DNA from: Ruditapes philippinarum
Lineage: Eukaryota
Direction: 5' to 3'
DNA: 64,000 nucleotides
NCBI RefSeq assembly: GCF_026571515.1
Contig: NW_026853342.1
Coordinates: forward strand, 186,001-250,000
Shown in pieces: positions 13,805-27,300 of the stretch (the stretch's first letter is position 1; each line of letters opens with the position of its first letter). The notes under the pieces were generated by a model that was not told the origin of the DNA, made no database searches, and was given only the letters and a program-made list of their open reading frames with translations. Made by a program: the position numbers and the translations under genes.

Positions 13805-14100
13805 TGTTTGTTTGTTTGTTTGTTTGTTGTTGTTGTTGTTCTTTGTGGGTTTATTTGGTTTGTTTGTTTGTTCGTTCGTTCGTTNNNNNNNNNNNNNNNN
13901 NNNNNNNNNNNNNNNNNNNNNNNNNNNNNNNNNNNNNNNNNNNNNNNNNNNNNNNNNNNNNNNNNNNNNNNNNNNNNNNNNNNNNNNNNNNNNNNNNNNN
14001 NNNNNNNNNNNNNNNNNNNNNNNNNNNNNNNNNNNNNNNNNNNNNNNNNNNNNNNNNNNNNNNNNNTCGTTTGTTTGTTCGTTCGTTCGTTCGTTCGGTT
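13805..14100. repeat. (GTTT)/(GTTC)n microsatellite spanning an assembly gap
   Basis: Tetranucleotide repeats flank the N run at about 13885-14066. Confidence 0.85.
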
Positions 14101-14721
14101 TTTTTATAATTATGTCTTATTTTATTTTATTTTTTTTCAATATTCAGTTGTTTTTTGTTTTCTTTTTTGTTGCTGTTGCTGTTTTTGATTCTTGTCTTTT
14201 TTTTTCGTATAACAACAACAACAACACCATTAAAATGCTGTTGCGGTGACAGTGATTACAATAATGCGGATGGAGGTGGAAAAGATTTAGTCATTTTCGT
14301 TTTCTGAAAGTGTATTTTGACGGTTTTACTATAAAATGCTACAAATAATTATATTTACAAGGTGGCATTCTTTGCAAATTTCATCTTGTCTTGAATCTAA
14401 AAAAACACATGTGCACATATGACTTACATACGCATTTAAACGATTGTTTAATATTAATAATATTACCGACCGTACAAAAGTATTATTGACATTATACTGT
14501 TAGATTCTATATCTCGGGTTTTAATGACTTAAAGTATAAATGATATGTAAGTGTATTCTGCTTTAAAAGTATTTAATCACCTAACTTAGGTTTAGTAAGG
14601 ACACTCAAAATATGATAAATATTCATTTCAGTACGGATTTGTTTTTCAAATGCATTGTATTGCCTTTCTGTAATATATGAAATTTCCTGTTTTTCTGTTT
14701 AAGGACATTATTTCTGTAGTA

Positions 14722-15347
14722 TATTTAAGCGACTGGTACTAATTGACATTCTTTTAGAAAGCTTGCTTCAGCGACTGGTACTTCATGACATTCTTGTAGA
14801 AAGTTATTTCAAGCGTCTGGTACTTAAGAACATTCTGCTAGGTAGTTTGCTTAAGCGAGTGGTACTTAATGACATTCTTTAAGATAGTTTGTTAAAGCGT
14901 CTGGTACCTAAGGAAATTCTTTTAGATACTTTGTAAAGCGTCTGGTACTTATAGGCATTCTTTTATATATAGTTTGATTAAGCGACTGGTACTAAAGACA
15001 GTCCTTTATGTATTTTGTTTTAGCGTCTGGTACTAAATGACATTCTTATAGGTAGTTTGCTTAAGCGTCTGGTACTTGAGGACATTCTTTTAGGTCGTTT
15101 GTTTTATCAACTGGAACTTAAAGACATTCTTTTAGTCTTTTAGGTAGTTTGTTTAAGCGCCTGGTACCTAAGGACATTCTTTTAGTTAGTTTGTTTCAGC
15201 TACTGGTACCTAAGGACATTCTTTTAGTTAGTTTGTTTAAGCTTCTGGTACTTAAGGACATTCTTTTAGTTAGTTTGTTTAAGCGACTGGTACATAAGGA
15301 AATTCTTAAAGGTAGTTTGTTTAAGCTACTGGTACTTAAGGACATTT
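14722..15347. repeat. 42-bp minisatellite (TTAAGCGTCTGGTACTTAAGGACATTCTTTTAGTTAGTTTGT)
   Basis: About 15 diverged tandem units. Confidence 0.85.
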
Positions 15348-17569
15348 TTTTTAATAATTGTTCAGGCGTAAAATATGTATATATTAAAATGTCTGTAAAA
15401 TGTTTGAGGATTTCAAGAAATAGTTGTTTTTTTATGAAAATAGCCCATATAAGTAGTGCGTTTCACTTTGTCCGGTGAGTTTTTCATAAATCAGATACTG
15501 CAGATCTGCAACAAGTATCCATTTACTAATTATTTAAAAAAGTTTCTTTTCACGAATTTCAGTATTTTCACGAAGCTTACCTAATTCTTATTTAAATTCA
15601 ATTCAATTAAATTCCAGAAAAACTCAGAGCACAAGCCATGATTACATAAACACATTGGAATATGTAAAGCAATGCTTGATATTAAAATTTCTCATCGCTT
15701 GTGCTTCAGTAGTTTTGTGATAAATACAATGTTTAATTATAGCACACACGCACGCGCACACAAGCACACGCACGGAATATTACAGAGACTTTGAGGAATG
15801 ATATTTCATTATGCTATTAAATGTGAAAATTAACATCGATAATTTAACTCGTTTTTATCTTTCCAGCATGCTTAACCCGTATTTTTACATTCATCACTCA
15901 CTTCTAGAATGTATCATGAATTTAATGTGTGTGTTTTGATATGCAAATAAAATGCAATAAATAATGTTATACTTGTTTGTTTGTTTGTTGGTTGGTTAGT
16001 TGGTTTGTTTCTGCCAATTCGTCGAAGGCGAAGACATAAGCAGATCTAGTGTCTTCGCCTATTAAGATGTCGTTATTTTCACCTAAATTGTATCGTATCT
16101 CCGCAGAAATCTGCCACCATAGTATATAGAAATTAAATACAAACTTTGGCAAAAATGCCCCCAGGTTAATATTCGCAACAAAGTGTGAAATATATCTCCC
16201 GATATATAATGCATATAAAACGTTTTTGATACGTTCATGTTTAGCAAAAATGTAATAATTCTATAATATACATAGATTGAAAAGTATAAAAAAAAAACTG
16301 AAAACTCAATATTTTCCTAGAAATTATATCTGTTATTTTTAAACTTTCATGTCGAACTCAAAAGGACGAGAATTGATTCCCCGCTTGGTTTGCGTTACCA
16401 TTGTTGTATATAAACCAATTCAAGACATGTGTGTTAAAATTAGCCTCCTTATCAATAACATTAAGGCAATGGCATTGTTCAAGTCTGCCATTTAATAAAA
16501 AGGCGGACAACTCTTTGTCCCTTTCTCGCAAGAGAACGGGAATCCTGTAATGCGTGTATGTGGTCGCATGGTCACTTTCCTTACACCATGTCCTCGATGC
16601 ACGTATGTGGTCGCCTAGTCGAAAATGAAAAGATTTTTAAGTATTTTGTTACATATAATGCAGACCAAATATTTGCAGTACATATTTCACATAATTATTC
16701 TTCGATGTTTCAAAATTGTTTTTGATGCATAATTATATACATATATAAAATGTCACTTAAGTGAGGTTACAACGTTGATTACAACATACAGGATCTTTAA
16801 CTTGTAAAAGTGCATACAGCAGTATACTTAAATGCACTTAACATATTTCTTACTAGTATTTGATAACTATACTTTAATCAATGTTATTATTTTTACATTT
16901 GAATAGAAAACAAAAAGGACATTCAAAATGAATTGGTCTAAGAGCTAAGGTATTTAATATGTAGCCTTGAACGTCTGCAAAATCGATATTGATCATGCCC
17001 CGGGGTAAGAATTGACCCGCCCCGGGGTCACTTGATTATAGGAAAACACATGTGTGAAACTGCAATGCCAAGAGCTTAGATATTTGGAATGTAGCATCAA
17101 TTTGTAGATTTCTACAAAAGTTATATGGATTATGACCCTCAGTTCAAAATTTGCCCTGCCCCGGGAGTCACTTGCTTTAACAAGACTAAGGTATAGGAAA
17201 ACACATATAATATTCACGATTTTCAAGATCCAAGAGTTTATTCAGCACAAACATACAATATATTAATTGCTATACATATCATAAAATATGCATGTAATAT
17301 GACAAGAAAACAAACAATCAACAACATGAAATACATTTGGGAGCAATGAGAATGACCAAAAGAAAACAATATTCTTGTTGAGAAAAGTGTAAATAGATAG
17401 TTATAATTTATGTATTTAAACAATCAGATTTTTTATTACTCGTTTACATGTAGCTAGGTATAAGTACTTTATTCATAATACTTTTTTGGCTAGATGTCAT
17501 AATAATTCTAAATTTCTGGATACTAGGCCAAGACCAGTAATAATTAGGAAGTCAACGATATCTTATTTC

Positions 17570-18306
17570 TGGGTATAGATGGATACCGAAAATAAGTTAT
17601 TTTTGCGAAAATAAGATCGCGGCTACGAAAATAAGATTCATTTTTGAAATAGTGCATTTATCTGTTTAAATAATTATGTTAGTTTTATATTTATGCATTC
17701 TTTGAATGATTTAACAGTACATTTGAATTTCAGAACAAACAAAAATATTTTAAAAAGTGAAATTTGAGCTGAAAATACCATCGTATGACAATATTTAGCT
17801 CAAATTGCCGTGAAAAACGAAAAAAGATCGGGTCTACGAAAATAAGATTTATTTTTGATATAATGTATTACAAATGTTTTTGGTTGTTAATAAATGATTT
17901 GCATGAATGAAATGATAATTTTCAGATATATTTTAAAAAGTGAAGTTTGAGTCGTAAATATATACCATATCGTACGAAAATACCTCAAATTGCCGTGTAA
18001 TCGAGTCTACGAAAATAAGATTTATTTTTTATATAATTGTATTAAAATCGTATTTTGTTGTTATTAAATGATTTGTAAGAATGAAATAATAAAGAATGAA
18101 ATGTTTTGTAATGAAATATTAAATCTTATTTTCGTAGACCCGATCTTATTTTCGCTTTTCAAGGCAATTTTAGCTATTTTCGTACGTATGTATTTTCGGC
18201 TCAAACTGCACTTTTTATATATTTTTGGGATTCTGAACAGATAATGAACTATTTCAAAACTAAATCTAGCATATTTCCTCTATGTTTATTGAGGGTCTAT
18301 CTACCC
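17570..18306. mobile_element. Foldback/MITE-like element with internal CTACGAAAATAAGAT repeats
   Basis: Imperfect inverted termini GGGTATAGATGGATACC / GGTCTATCTACCC. Internal direct repeats are followed by an inverted copy (ATCTTATTTTCGTAGACCCGATC). Confidence 0.5.
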
Positions 18307-18826
18307 GTTCAGGCACAAAAAGCAGATTTCGCAGTCGAGTATGGACCCCGGACATGTCACCAGTCATGACCTTACAGAGTTAATTTTGAAGCACAAATTG
18401 ATGATAATTTACCCCATGCAATTTTCACGGAGTAATAGCCAAAGATGAATATTGAGCCAAAAGTAGGTCATAATACGGTGGTCAATTAGAACCAAAATGT
18501 ACAGTCACCTGAGACAATAATGAAGTAGGTAGCCCTAAAAATGGCTGTTGTTGCCAAGCCGTCATTCGTACTAGGGCCCACTCACCCTATTACCCCATAC
18601 TCGTCGACTCTGCCTACTTTGAAGGGCCACTCCCCTCGGCTTTATTCAGGACACCGGCTGTTAACTTCATGCAAGCTTAGTCGTTCCGCCTTATACGTTA
18701 CCCCGAGCTGTAGAAAACATGCGAATTTGCCGTCTTACATGAAGCATTGGTTCTTCAATCATCTGCCGATGCCCTGTGTGTTCCAAACGACGTGTACGTA
18801 CCGCGGGGGATTAATTGCGTGTAAAA

Positions 18827-20363
18827 TCCGAGTACGTTACCAAATACAATAGTACCAATAACTTTTATATCCGGGTACGTTATCAAATACAATAGTATCA
18901 ATAACTTTTATATCCGGGTACGTTATCAAATACAATAGTATCAATAACTTTTATATCCGGATACGTTATCAAATACAATAGTTTCATTAACTTTTATATC
19001 CTGGTACGTTGCCAAATACAATAGTACCAATAACTTTTATATCCGGGTACGTTATCAAATACAATAGTATCAATAACTTTTATATTTGGGTATGTTATCA
19101 AATACAATAGTACCAATAACTTTTATATCCGGGTACGTTATCACATACAATAGTATCAATAACTTTTATATCCGGGTATGTTATCACATACAATAGTATC
19201 AATAACTTTTATATCCGGGTACGTTATCACATACAATAGTATCAATAACTTTTATATCCGGGTACGTTATCACATACAATAGTATCAATAACTTTTATAT
19301 CCGGGAACGTTATCAAATACAATAGTATCAATAACTTTTATATTTGAGTATGTTATCACATACAATAGTATCAATAACTTTTATATCCGGATACGTTATC
19401 ACATACATAGAGGATATTGAATGAGTGTAGTTTCATACTAAATTTATTGAACGAGTTGAATAAAATCATATTATGCGAGCCTCTGGCGAGCATAATATTG
19501 TTTTATTCAACGAGTTCAATGAATTTAGTATTGAAACTACACGAATATAATATTCTATTTATCACATATATAAAATAAGAACAGTAAACTGTTAAAATGA
19601 GTAATTTTTCAATGACGCGCCTACAGTGTAACGCTAACATTAGCGCGCTTTAACGCTATGTTTCTATATAGCGCAAATGACGTCACGTCAAAGTGTTATT
19701 ACACTAGTGTAATATCGTTTTTATTACATGGCTTTATTACACTCCTGCGCCGCGGTTTATGTGATAATATAGTATCAATAACTTTTATATCCGGGAACGT
19801 TATCACATACTATAGTATCAATAACTTTTATATCCGGGTATGTTATCACATACTATAGTATCAATAACTTTTATATCCGGGTACGTTATCACATACTATA
19901 GTATCAATAACTTTTATATCCGGGTATGTTATCACATACTATAGTTTCAATAACTTTTATATCCGGGTACGTTATCACATACTATAGTATCAATAACTTT
20001 TATATCCGGGTACGTTATCACATACTATAGTATCAATAACTTTTATATCCGGGTATGTTATCAAATACAACAGTACCAATAACTTTTATATCCGGGTACG
20101 TTATCAAATACAATAGTATCAATAACTTTTATATTTGGGTATGTTATCAAATACAATAGTACCAAAAACTTTTATATCCGGGAACGTTATCACATACAAA
20201 GTATTAATAACTTTTATATTTGGGTACGTTATCAAATACAATAGTACCAATAACTTTTATATCCGGGAACGTTATCAAATACAATAGTACCAATAACTTT
20301 AATATCCGGGTACGTTATCACATTGAAAAGGGAAAATAACTTTTATATCCGGGTATGTTATCT
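18827..20363. repeat. 43-bp minisatellite (CCGGGTACGTTATCAAATACAATAGTATCAATAACTTTTATAT) interrupted by a mobile element
   Basis: Tandem units on both sides of the insertion at 19408-19770. Confidence 0.9.
19408..19770 (+). mobile_element. Non-autonomous element with a large one-sided palindrome, inserted into the minisatellite
   Basis: Cleanly interrupts one repeat unit at ...CACATACA|TAG. Hairpin 19410-19556 centred on ATGCGAGCCTCTGGCGAGCAT; second arm bounded by TTATCACATA...TATGTGATAA. Confidence 0.8.
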
Positions 20364-21124
20364 TTTCAGCACTTTCTTGTTAAAAAAAAAAAGGGCGATT
20401 AATTTTTTTTTAAAAGTCTCGATGCAAATAAAAATTTTAAAAGAAATTTTTTTAAGAATTTATTTTAATTTTTTTTTCAAAAAATAACTTTTAACCCTGG
20501 GGAGAAAAATCCTTTGAACAATTTGCAAACTTTATTTTTTTTTAATTTTAATAAAAAGTAAAAAAAAAATGTTTTAATCAAGTTAAAATTTTCTTTAGAT
20601 TAATATCATATAAAATCATCATGTAGCAAAGTGAATTTTGCCCCTTAAACCCTTTCCCTCAAAAATTTTTCTTTTTTTTTTAAAAAAGCTTCTTATTTTT
20701 TGTGTATTTTATAGTTTCCTAACAGTTAATGATTGGCTTAATTACCTGAGCTATGTTTAGCTTCTGTTATTTTTTGGCATTGAATACAGTTTAAGTAATT
20801 GAGTATTTTGTATAGAAGTCAAACTACTACTTTGTTTACATTTTGAAATTTTTGACAAATTGTTTCACATTTCGCGCTAATTTCTTCAGGTAGCAAGCAT
20901 CTAACTTGCTCTAAACCAATTATATAAACGTAATTAAATTCCCCTTTGTCATTTCTTAATGTAAAAATGTATGGGATCTGAGGCATAATGTGGCCTTAAA
21001 TACAAAATATTAAATCATTTTTACTTTATTCTTGGCCATTAAAAAAAGAAAATATGATTTACTATATAAACAATGAGTAACGTTTCGAAAATTATTAAAG
21101 AGCGACAGGGATGAAATTTAATTT

Positions 21125-21720
21125 TTTTGAGAAATTAAAATACTTTTGTCTTGATATGCCTTTAAAAATTAAGCATTTTGAGAAATTAAATAGTTTTTGC
21201 CTTGATGTGTCTTTAAGACTTAAACTTTTTGATAAATCAAATATTTTGTTGCCTCGATATGCCTTTATAATTTAAAGTTTTTGAGATTTTGAGAAAGTTT
21301 TGAGCTTGATATGTCTTTATATTTAATCCTTTTGGGAAAGTAAAAAGTTTGTTGTTCGTGGCATGCCTTTTATATTTAAATATTTTGAGAAATAAAATAG
21401 TTTTTTGCCTTGAAATGCCTTTTCAAATTTAAACCTTAAAAAATTTTGGGCGTTTGATATGCCTTTTAAATTTCAACCTTTTAAGAAATTTAATATTTTT
21501 TTGCGGTTTGATATGCTTTAAAAGCTTAAACCTGTTTAGAAATTAAATAGCTTTTGGTTTTGATATGCCTTTTAAATTTTAACATTTGGAGAAATTCAAT
21601 CGTTTTATGGGCTTGATAAAGCTATGCCTTTCAATTTAAACATTTTGAGAAATTAAATCGTTTTGTTGCTCTCGACATGCCTTTAAAATTGAAACCTTTT
21701 AAGAAATTAAATCGTTTTTG
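21125..21720. repeat. Degenerate minisatellite of about 52 bp (TTTTGAGAAATTAAA...TTGATATGCCTTTAAA)
   Basis: The motif recurs about every 50-55 bp. Confidence 0.7.
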
Positions 21721-22392
21721 GATGTGGGCGGGATTGATATGGCTTTAATGAGCTAAAATTGATATTTGTTATCAATGGGAAGTGAACGGAACATAAATAC
21801 TTTCATATCGTTCAAGCATATTTCCGTTCTTTATTAGTACACTTAAATTGGTTATAAGTATTTTATCGTTAGTTCATGGAATTTCATTTCAATAATTCAA
21901 TATGAATAAGTTTTGTTTATGATTGAAAGCATTTGTTTTTAAGGACGTGAATAAGTAAAGTAACAAAGTTAAAATATTTTGTTTGAGTTTCATCAACACA
22001 TAGTTTTTAAAATTNNNNNNNNNNNNNNNNNNNNNNNNNNNNNNNNNNNNNNNNNNNNNNNNNNNNNNNNNNNNNNNNNNNNNNNNNNNNNNNNNNNNNN
22101 NNNNNNNNNNNNNNNNNNNNNNNNNNNNNNNNNNNNNNNNNNNNNNNNNNNNNNNNNNNNNNNNNNNNNNNNNNNNAAGACTGGATTATGTTAATTAAAA
22201 TTCGCTCTTAAAGAAATATACAAACATGCATTTCCTACATCTTTATTCATCTTCAGCTTTATTTAAACTATAGTCAGACAGTTCTGTAAAGTAAAAATGC
22301 TTGTACATGAATAGCGGCGTGAACGGACATTAAGGAATAAGTTGAATGAAAATGACTGACACGTGAAAGTTTCAAGATCTAAGTCAAGCAAA

Positions 22393-24097
22393 ATGATACC
22401 AGTTTATCGCACTTTTATGTGTAATATGATATCAGTTTATACCACTTTTATTTATAATATGATATCAGTTTATACCACCTTTATGTGCAATATGATACCA
22501 GTTTATACCACTTTTATGTGTAATATTGATACCAGTTTATACCACTTTTATGTGCAATATGATACCAGTTTATACCACTTTTATGTGCAATATGATACCA
22601 GTTTATACCACTTTTATGTGCAATATGATACCAGTTTATACCACTTTAATGTGCAATATGATACCAGTTTATACCACCTTTATGTGCAATATGATACCAG
22701 TTTATACCACTTTTATGTGCAATATGATACCAGTTTAAACCACTTTTATGTGCAATATGATACCAGTTTATACCACTTTTATGTGCAATATGATACCAGT
22801 GTATACCACTTTTATGTGTAATATGATACCAGTGTATACCACTTTTATGTGCAATATGATACCAGTGTATACCACTTTTATGTGTGATATGATACCAGTT
22901 TATATTAATTTTATGTGTAATATGATACCAGTTCATACCACTTGTATGCGTAATATGATACCAGTTTATACCACCTTTATGTGTAATATGATACCAGTTT
23001 ATACCACTTTTATGTGTAACATGATACAAGTTTATACCACTTTTATGTGTAACATGATACCAGTTTATACCACTTTTATGTGTAATATGATATCACTTTA
23101 TACCACTTGTATGTGTAATATGATACCAGTTTATACCACTTTTATGTGTAATATGATACCAGTTTATACCACTTTTATGCGTAATATGATACCAGTTTAT
23201 ACCACTTTTATGCGTAATATGATACCAGTTTATGCCACTTGTATGTGTAATATGATACAAGTGTATACCACTTTTATGCGTAATATGATACCAGTTTATA
23301 CCACTTTTATGTGTAATATGATACCAGTTTATACCACTTTTATGTGTAACATGATACCAGTTTATACCACTTTTATGTGTAATATGATATCACTTTATAC
23401 CACTTGTATGTGTAACATGATACCAGTTTATACCTCTTTTATGTGTTATGTGATACCAGTTCATACCACCTTTGTGTGTAATATAATACCAGTTTATACC
23501 ACTTTAATGCGAAATATATTACCAGTTTATACCACTTTTATGTGTAATATGATACCAGTTTATACCACTTTTATGTGTAATATGATACCAGTTTTAACCA
23601 CTTTTATGTGTAATATGATACCAGTTTATACCACTTTTATGTGTAATATGATACCAGTTTATACCACTTTTATGTGTAATATGATACCAGTGTATACCAC
23701 TTTTATGTGTAATATGATACCAGTGTATACCACTTTTATGTGTAATATGATACCAGTTTAAACCAATTTTATGTGTAATATGATACCAGTTTATACCACT
23801 TTTATGTGTAATATGATACCAGTTTATACCACTTTTATGCGTAATATGATACCAGTTTATGCCACTTGTATGTGTAATATGATACCAGTTTATACCACTT
23901 TTATGTGTAATATGATATCAGTTTATACCACTTGTATGTGTAATATGATACCAGTTTATACCACTTTAATGTGTTATATGATACCAGTTTATATCACTTT
24001 TATGTGTAATATGCCACTTTTATGTGTAATATGATACCAGTTTATACAACATTTATGTGTAATATGATACCAGTTTATACAACATTTATATGTAATA
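22393..24097. repeat. 33-bp minisatellite (ATGATACCAGTTTATACCACTTTTATGTGTAAT)
   Basis: About 50 tandem units; accounts for the repetitive MCNMIPVYTTF ORFs. Confidence 0.95.
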
Positions 24098-24306
24098 TTT
24101 GGACAGAATTTTGTATATTGTGCTAAGCTATATTTGACTAGGAGGGGACTTAATCTAATGTTTCTAGAACTTGTTGCCCAAACCATTTGCTTTTTGCTAT
24201 ACACTCATCATTTGTGTAATATCTTGCATGTATTTGATACAATAAATAAACTATGTTTAAACTAAACTTAGCTATATTTGATACAAATTACGACAAGTTG
24301 CGTGAA

Positions 24307-27300
24307 ATGGGACGTATCGCAAGAATGTTGTTGTTGTTGTTGTTGGCCTGCTATATAACATATGGAGGAGCTTTCTTTACCAGTAAGTACCTCACACCAG
24401 ATTAATACAATATCTTTATAGTTCTTTGTTTGCGAGTTCAAGTAATAAATTTTTGTTCAAAACTTTAATGTAAAGTAATTTTAGAAGTCCACTTTGCACA
24501 AAATATTAAGTAAGATGATGTAATTTCTACAACTTGATGCCTATATATGTCACATTTATTGACTTCTTTGCATGTCACACTATTTGTCACATATATGTCA
24601 CATTTATTGGTTTATCTCAACATGTCACCCAAGCTCGCTCGAAAGATATGATCATTCATTTTGGCAGCAGCAGCTTATTTTTCTCCATGATGCATAAAAA
24701 ATGCTCTCCTTGATCTCTCGTACATCATATTGGTAAACATCACAAAAAATCAACTTGCATACATATTAAGTATAATTCAGTGAATAACTGTATTCAAAAT
24801 GTATAGGTGACATTTAAGGATATGAAACAAGGGACGTCATTCATGTGAATATGATTAGATAACTCCAGTCTAACTAGCTTGACAAAAAGTATGTATTGTA
24901 AATAAATAAAAAAAAAACGTTTCATATAAATATAAATATAATAACACAATAAATTGTTATCAATTTTATTTTAAGTACTTCTGATATACGTTGCCAAATT
25001 CGACTGAACTTAAAAAAAAACAGTCGGAAATTTTTTACTCGTATATAGTGAAAACAATGGCCTAAAATGGCATTGTGATCTTTTTCTCTGTCAAGTTGAG
25101 CTGAATTAATTTCAAAAGATGGATTATTGTATTAGTAATTGACCAATTAGAAATAAAAACCATTTACTATGTTTGTGATATAATATAAAAGGGCATAAAT
25201 AATATAAAGACTGCCCCACTTTTTTTAAGAATTGAAAGTTACCGGTACATTCTAAACGTTATTTATAAATATTTTCTTCAGTCATATGAATTATTGGTTA
25301 TATTTTTCATAGTAAAATATAAAGTTGAATATCATGACTGCAAAATGTCAGGTTATTTTTAATTTTACATGTTCGGTGATCATTAACACTTAAATGGACA
25401 TTTCTTATATCACTTTTAATTAACAATGAAGATTTGCTATACATGTATTTAAGATCTCACTTTCCCGGGCAAACATACATTATGTTTAAAGCTGCATGCC
25501 TCCGGTTGAACTAAAATATTTCACGAAAATCAGACTTGAAAAAAAAGAACTGAGATTTTAAGGAAAGTAAAAAGATTGAAAATAAAAGTAAAAATGTTTA
25601 TGTTATGTGCGATTTATAATCGATTTTGCAGTATTTTTCACCATATTTCTACTGCGTTACTAACTCATTAAGGGCTATATTTTGTATATTTCGACCTCAT
25701 AATTTACATAGATTGTAAGTGCTGTTCGCAATGTAAAAATAATTTATTTGTTCACGTCACAATACTTTACTTTATTATTTATTTTCATTTTTTTTATGTA
25801 AATAAGCACGAATCTGGAGGCGTGCTGCTTTAAAGCTATCGGAGAATTATATGTATTCTAATTATTTATTTCTTCCTTTCTGACGAACAGATGTACAGAA
25901 GAGGTTCAACGGTGAATTGTTACCGGCCGATCCGCTCGTGTGTACAACACAGAATGTTACTTTCACATGTGTACTGAACGACGACCCAGTATCGAACTTT
26001 TCCATTGGCTTTACCTTTAAAACTAGAGAAACAAATGGAAAATTTGTTACTGTAGATCAGAATAGAGTCACACATATAAACGAGACGATGGCTCAATATA
26101 CGGTGACCTCTATCCCGCCTCTTTCGGATGTCAACAAGCCCTACTTCATGTATGTTAAAAGCTTTTACTGGCAAGAAATCGGCGATATTAATGAAACATT
26201 ACAGCTTGGAACCACCACTTCAGTTCGTGTTTACCGTAAGTTCGTATTTTCCAAGTTCGAGTTTACCAAGTTCGAGTTTACCGTAAATTCGTATTTTCCA
26301 AGTTCGAGTTTATCAAGTTCGAGTTTACCGTAAGTTCGTGTCAACCGTAAGTTATGATACATTTTTGTATATGTTATCAACTACATTGTCAACCATAGGC
26401 GCAATACGTGTAGGAAACAATACGTTATCCCTGATTTGAAGATATGCCAACAACAAAAACACGTCATTTAAGCTACGCCTGATAAAGTAAAAACTTCCAA
26501 AAGAACTATTCGTACTTTTTTTTTTTTTCAAAAAGTATGTCCACCTATGAAGAATAACAAAAAGTTACTGAGTAGGTTTTTGTAGAATTTTGATTACGAA
26601 TACACTAAATTTGCTACCTTTATAGAACATCACTTTGAACGATAAATGCAATAAAAGAAAAAGAAAAAGAAGTCAAAAGATTACTTAAAGGATTGCGAAA
26701 ATGCGTCCCTTTTCCTTACATATATAATTCGCTTATTGTTGCGGCTAATAGATTGTCAACAAACTTATTCTATATGAAAACACATAAATTTGAGAAAAGA
26801 AAATTCAAAAGAAAAAAATAAAGGAAAAGTAACACTAACAACAAAAAGATAAAAGAACATTTTAAACCACATTTGCTTGGTCTTATAAGGGTACAAAAAT
26901 ACAAAATAATTACAAAATTAATTCATTTTTTTCAGCAATGCCCGAAGAGGTGAAAGATTTTGCCTGTATCGTGAATAATTACAAGACGATGATTTGCTCC
27001 TGGAAGTACGGGACAGATTACGGCAATTACATGCCGGAAGTCATCTTTTTGTGGTAAATATTTTTAGCTGCATGGCCCAATGGTTACCATGTCGGATTAG
27101 TAATTAAAGGATTTCGCGTGGATTCAAACCCCTTGAGCTAGAAACTTTACACTCATTGCTAAGTACTGGTTGTTTCCAGGAACGGATTCGAGTTTTTAAA
27201 TAAGCTTATAACTTCCTACGCAATCGAATTAAAATAATTCCGTACGTAATAAGTTCATGTATAATAGTAATTTAGTGTTTTGTATGGAAGTCAAAATACT

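Noticed and set aside
13795-14249. ORFs across the N gap
   Set aside because: Microsatellite plus unknown bases.
15149-15478. 109-aa Leu-rich ORF
   Set aside because: Translation of the 42-bp minisatellite.
18827-20363. Possible CRISPR array
   Set aside because: Units are head-to-tail with no unique spacers, the context is eukaryotic, and there are no cas genes.
22363-24204. Long repetitive ORFs (MCNMIPVYTTF, WYHITHKSGIN)
   Set aside because: They are translations of a 33-bp minisatellite that is open in several frames, with no splice or compositional support.
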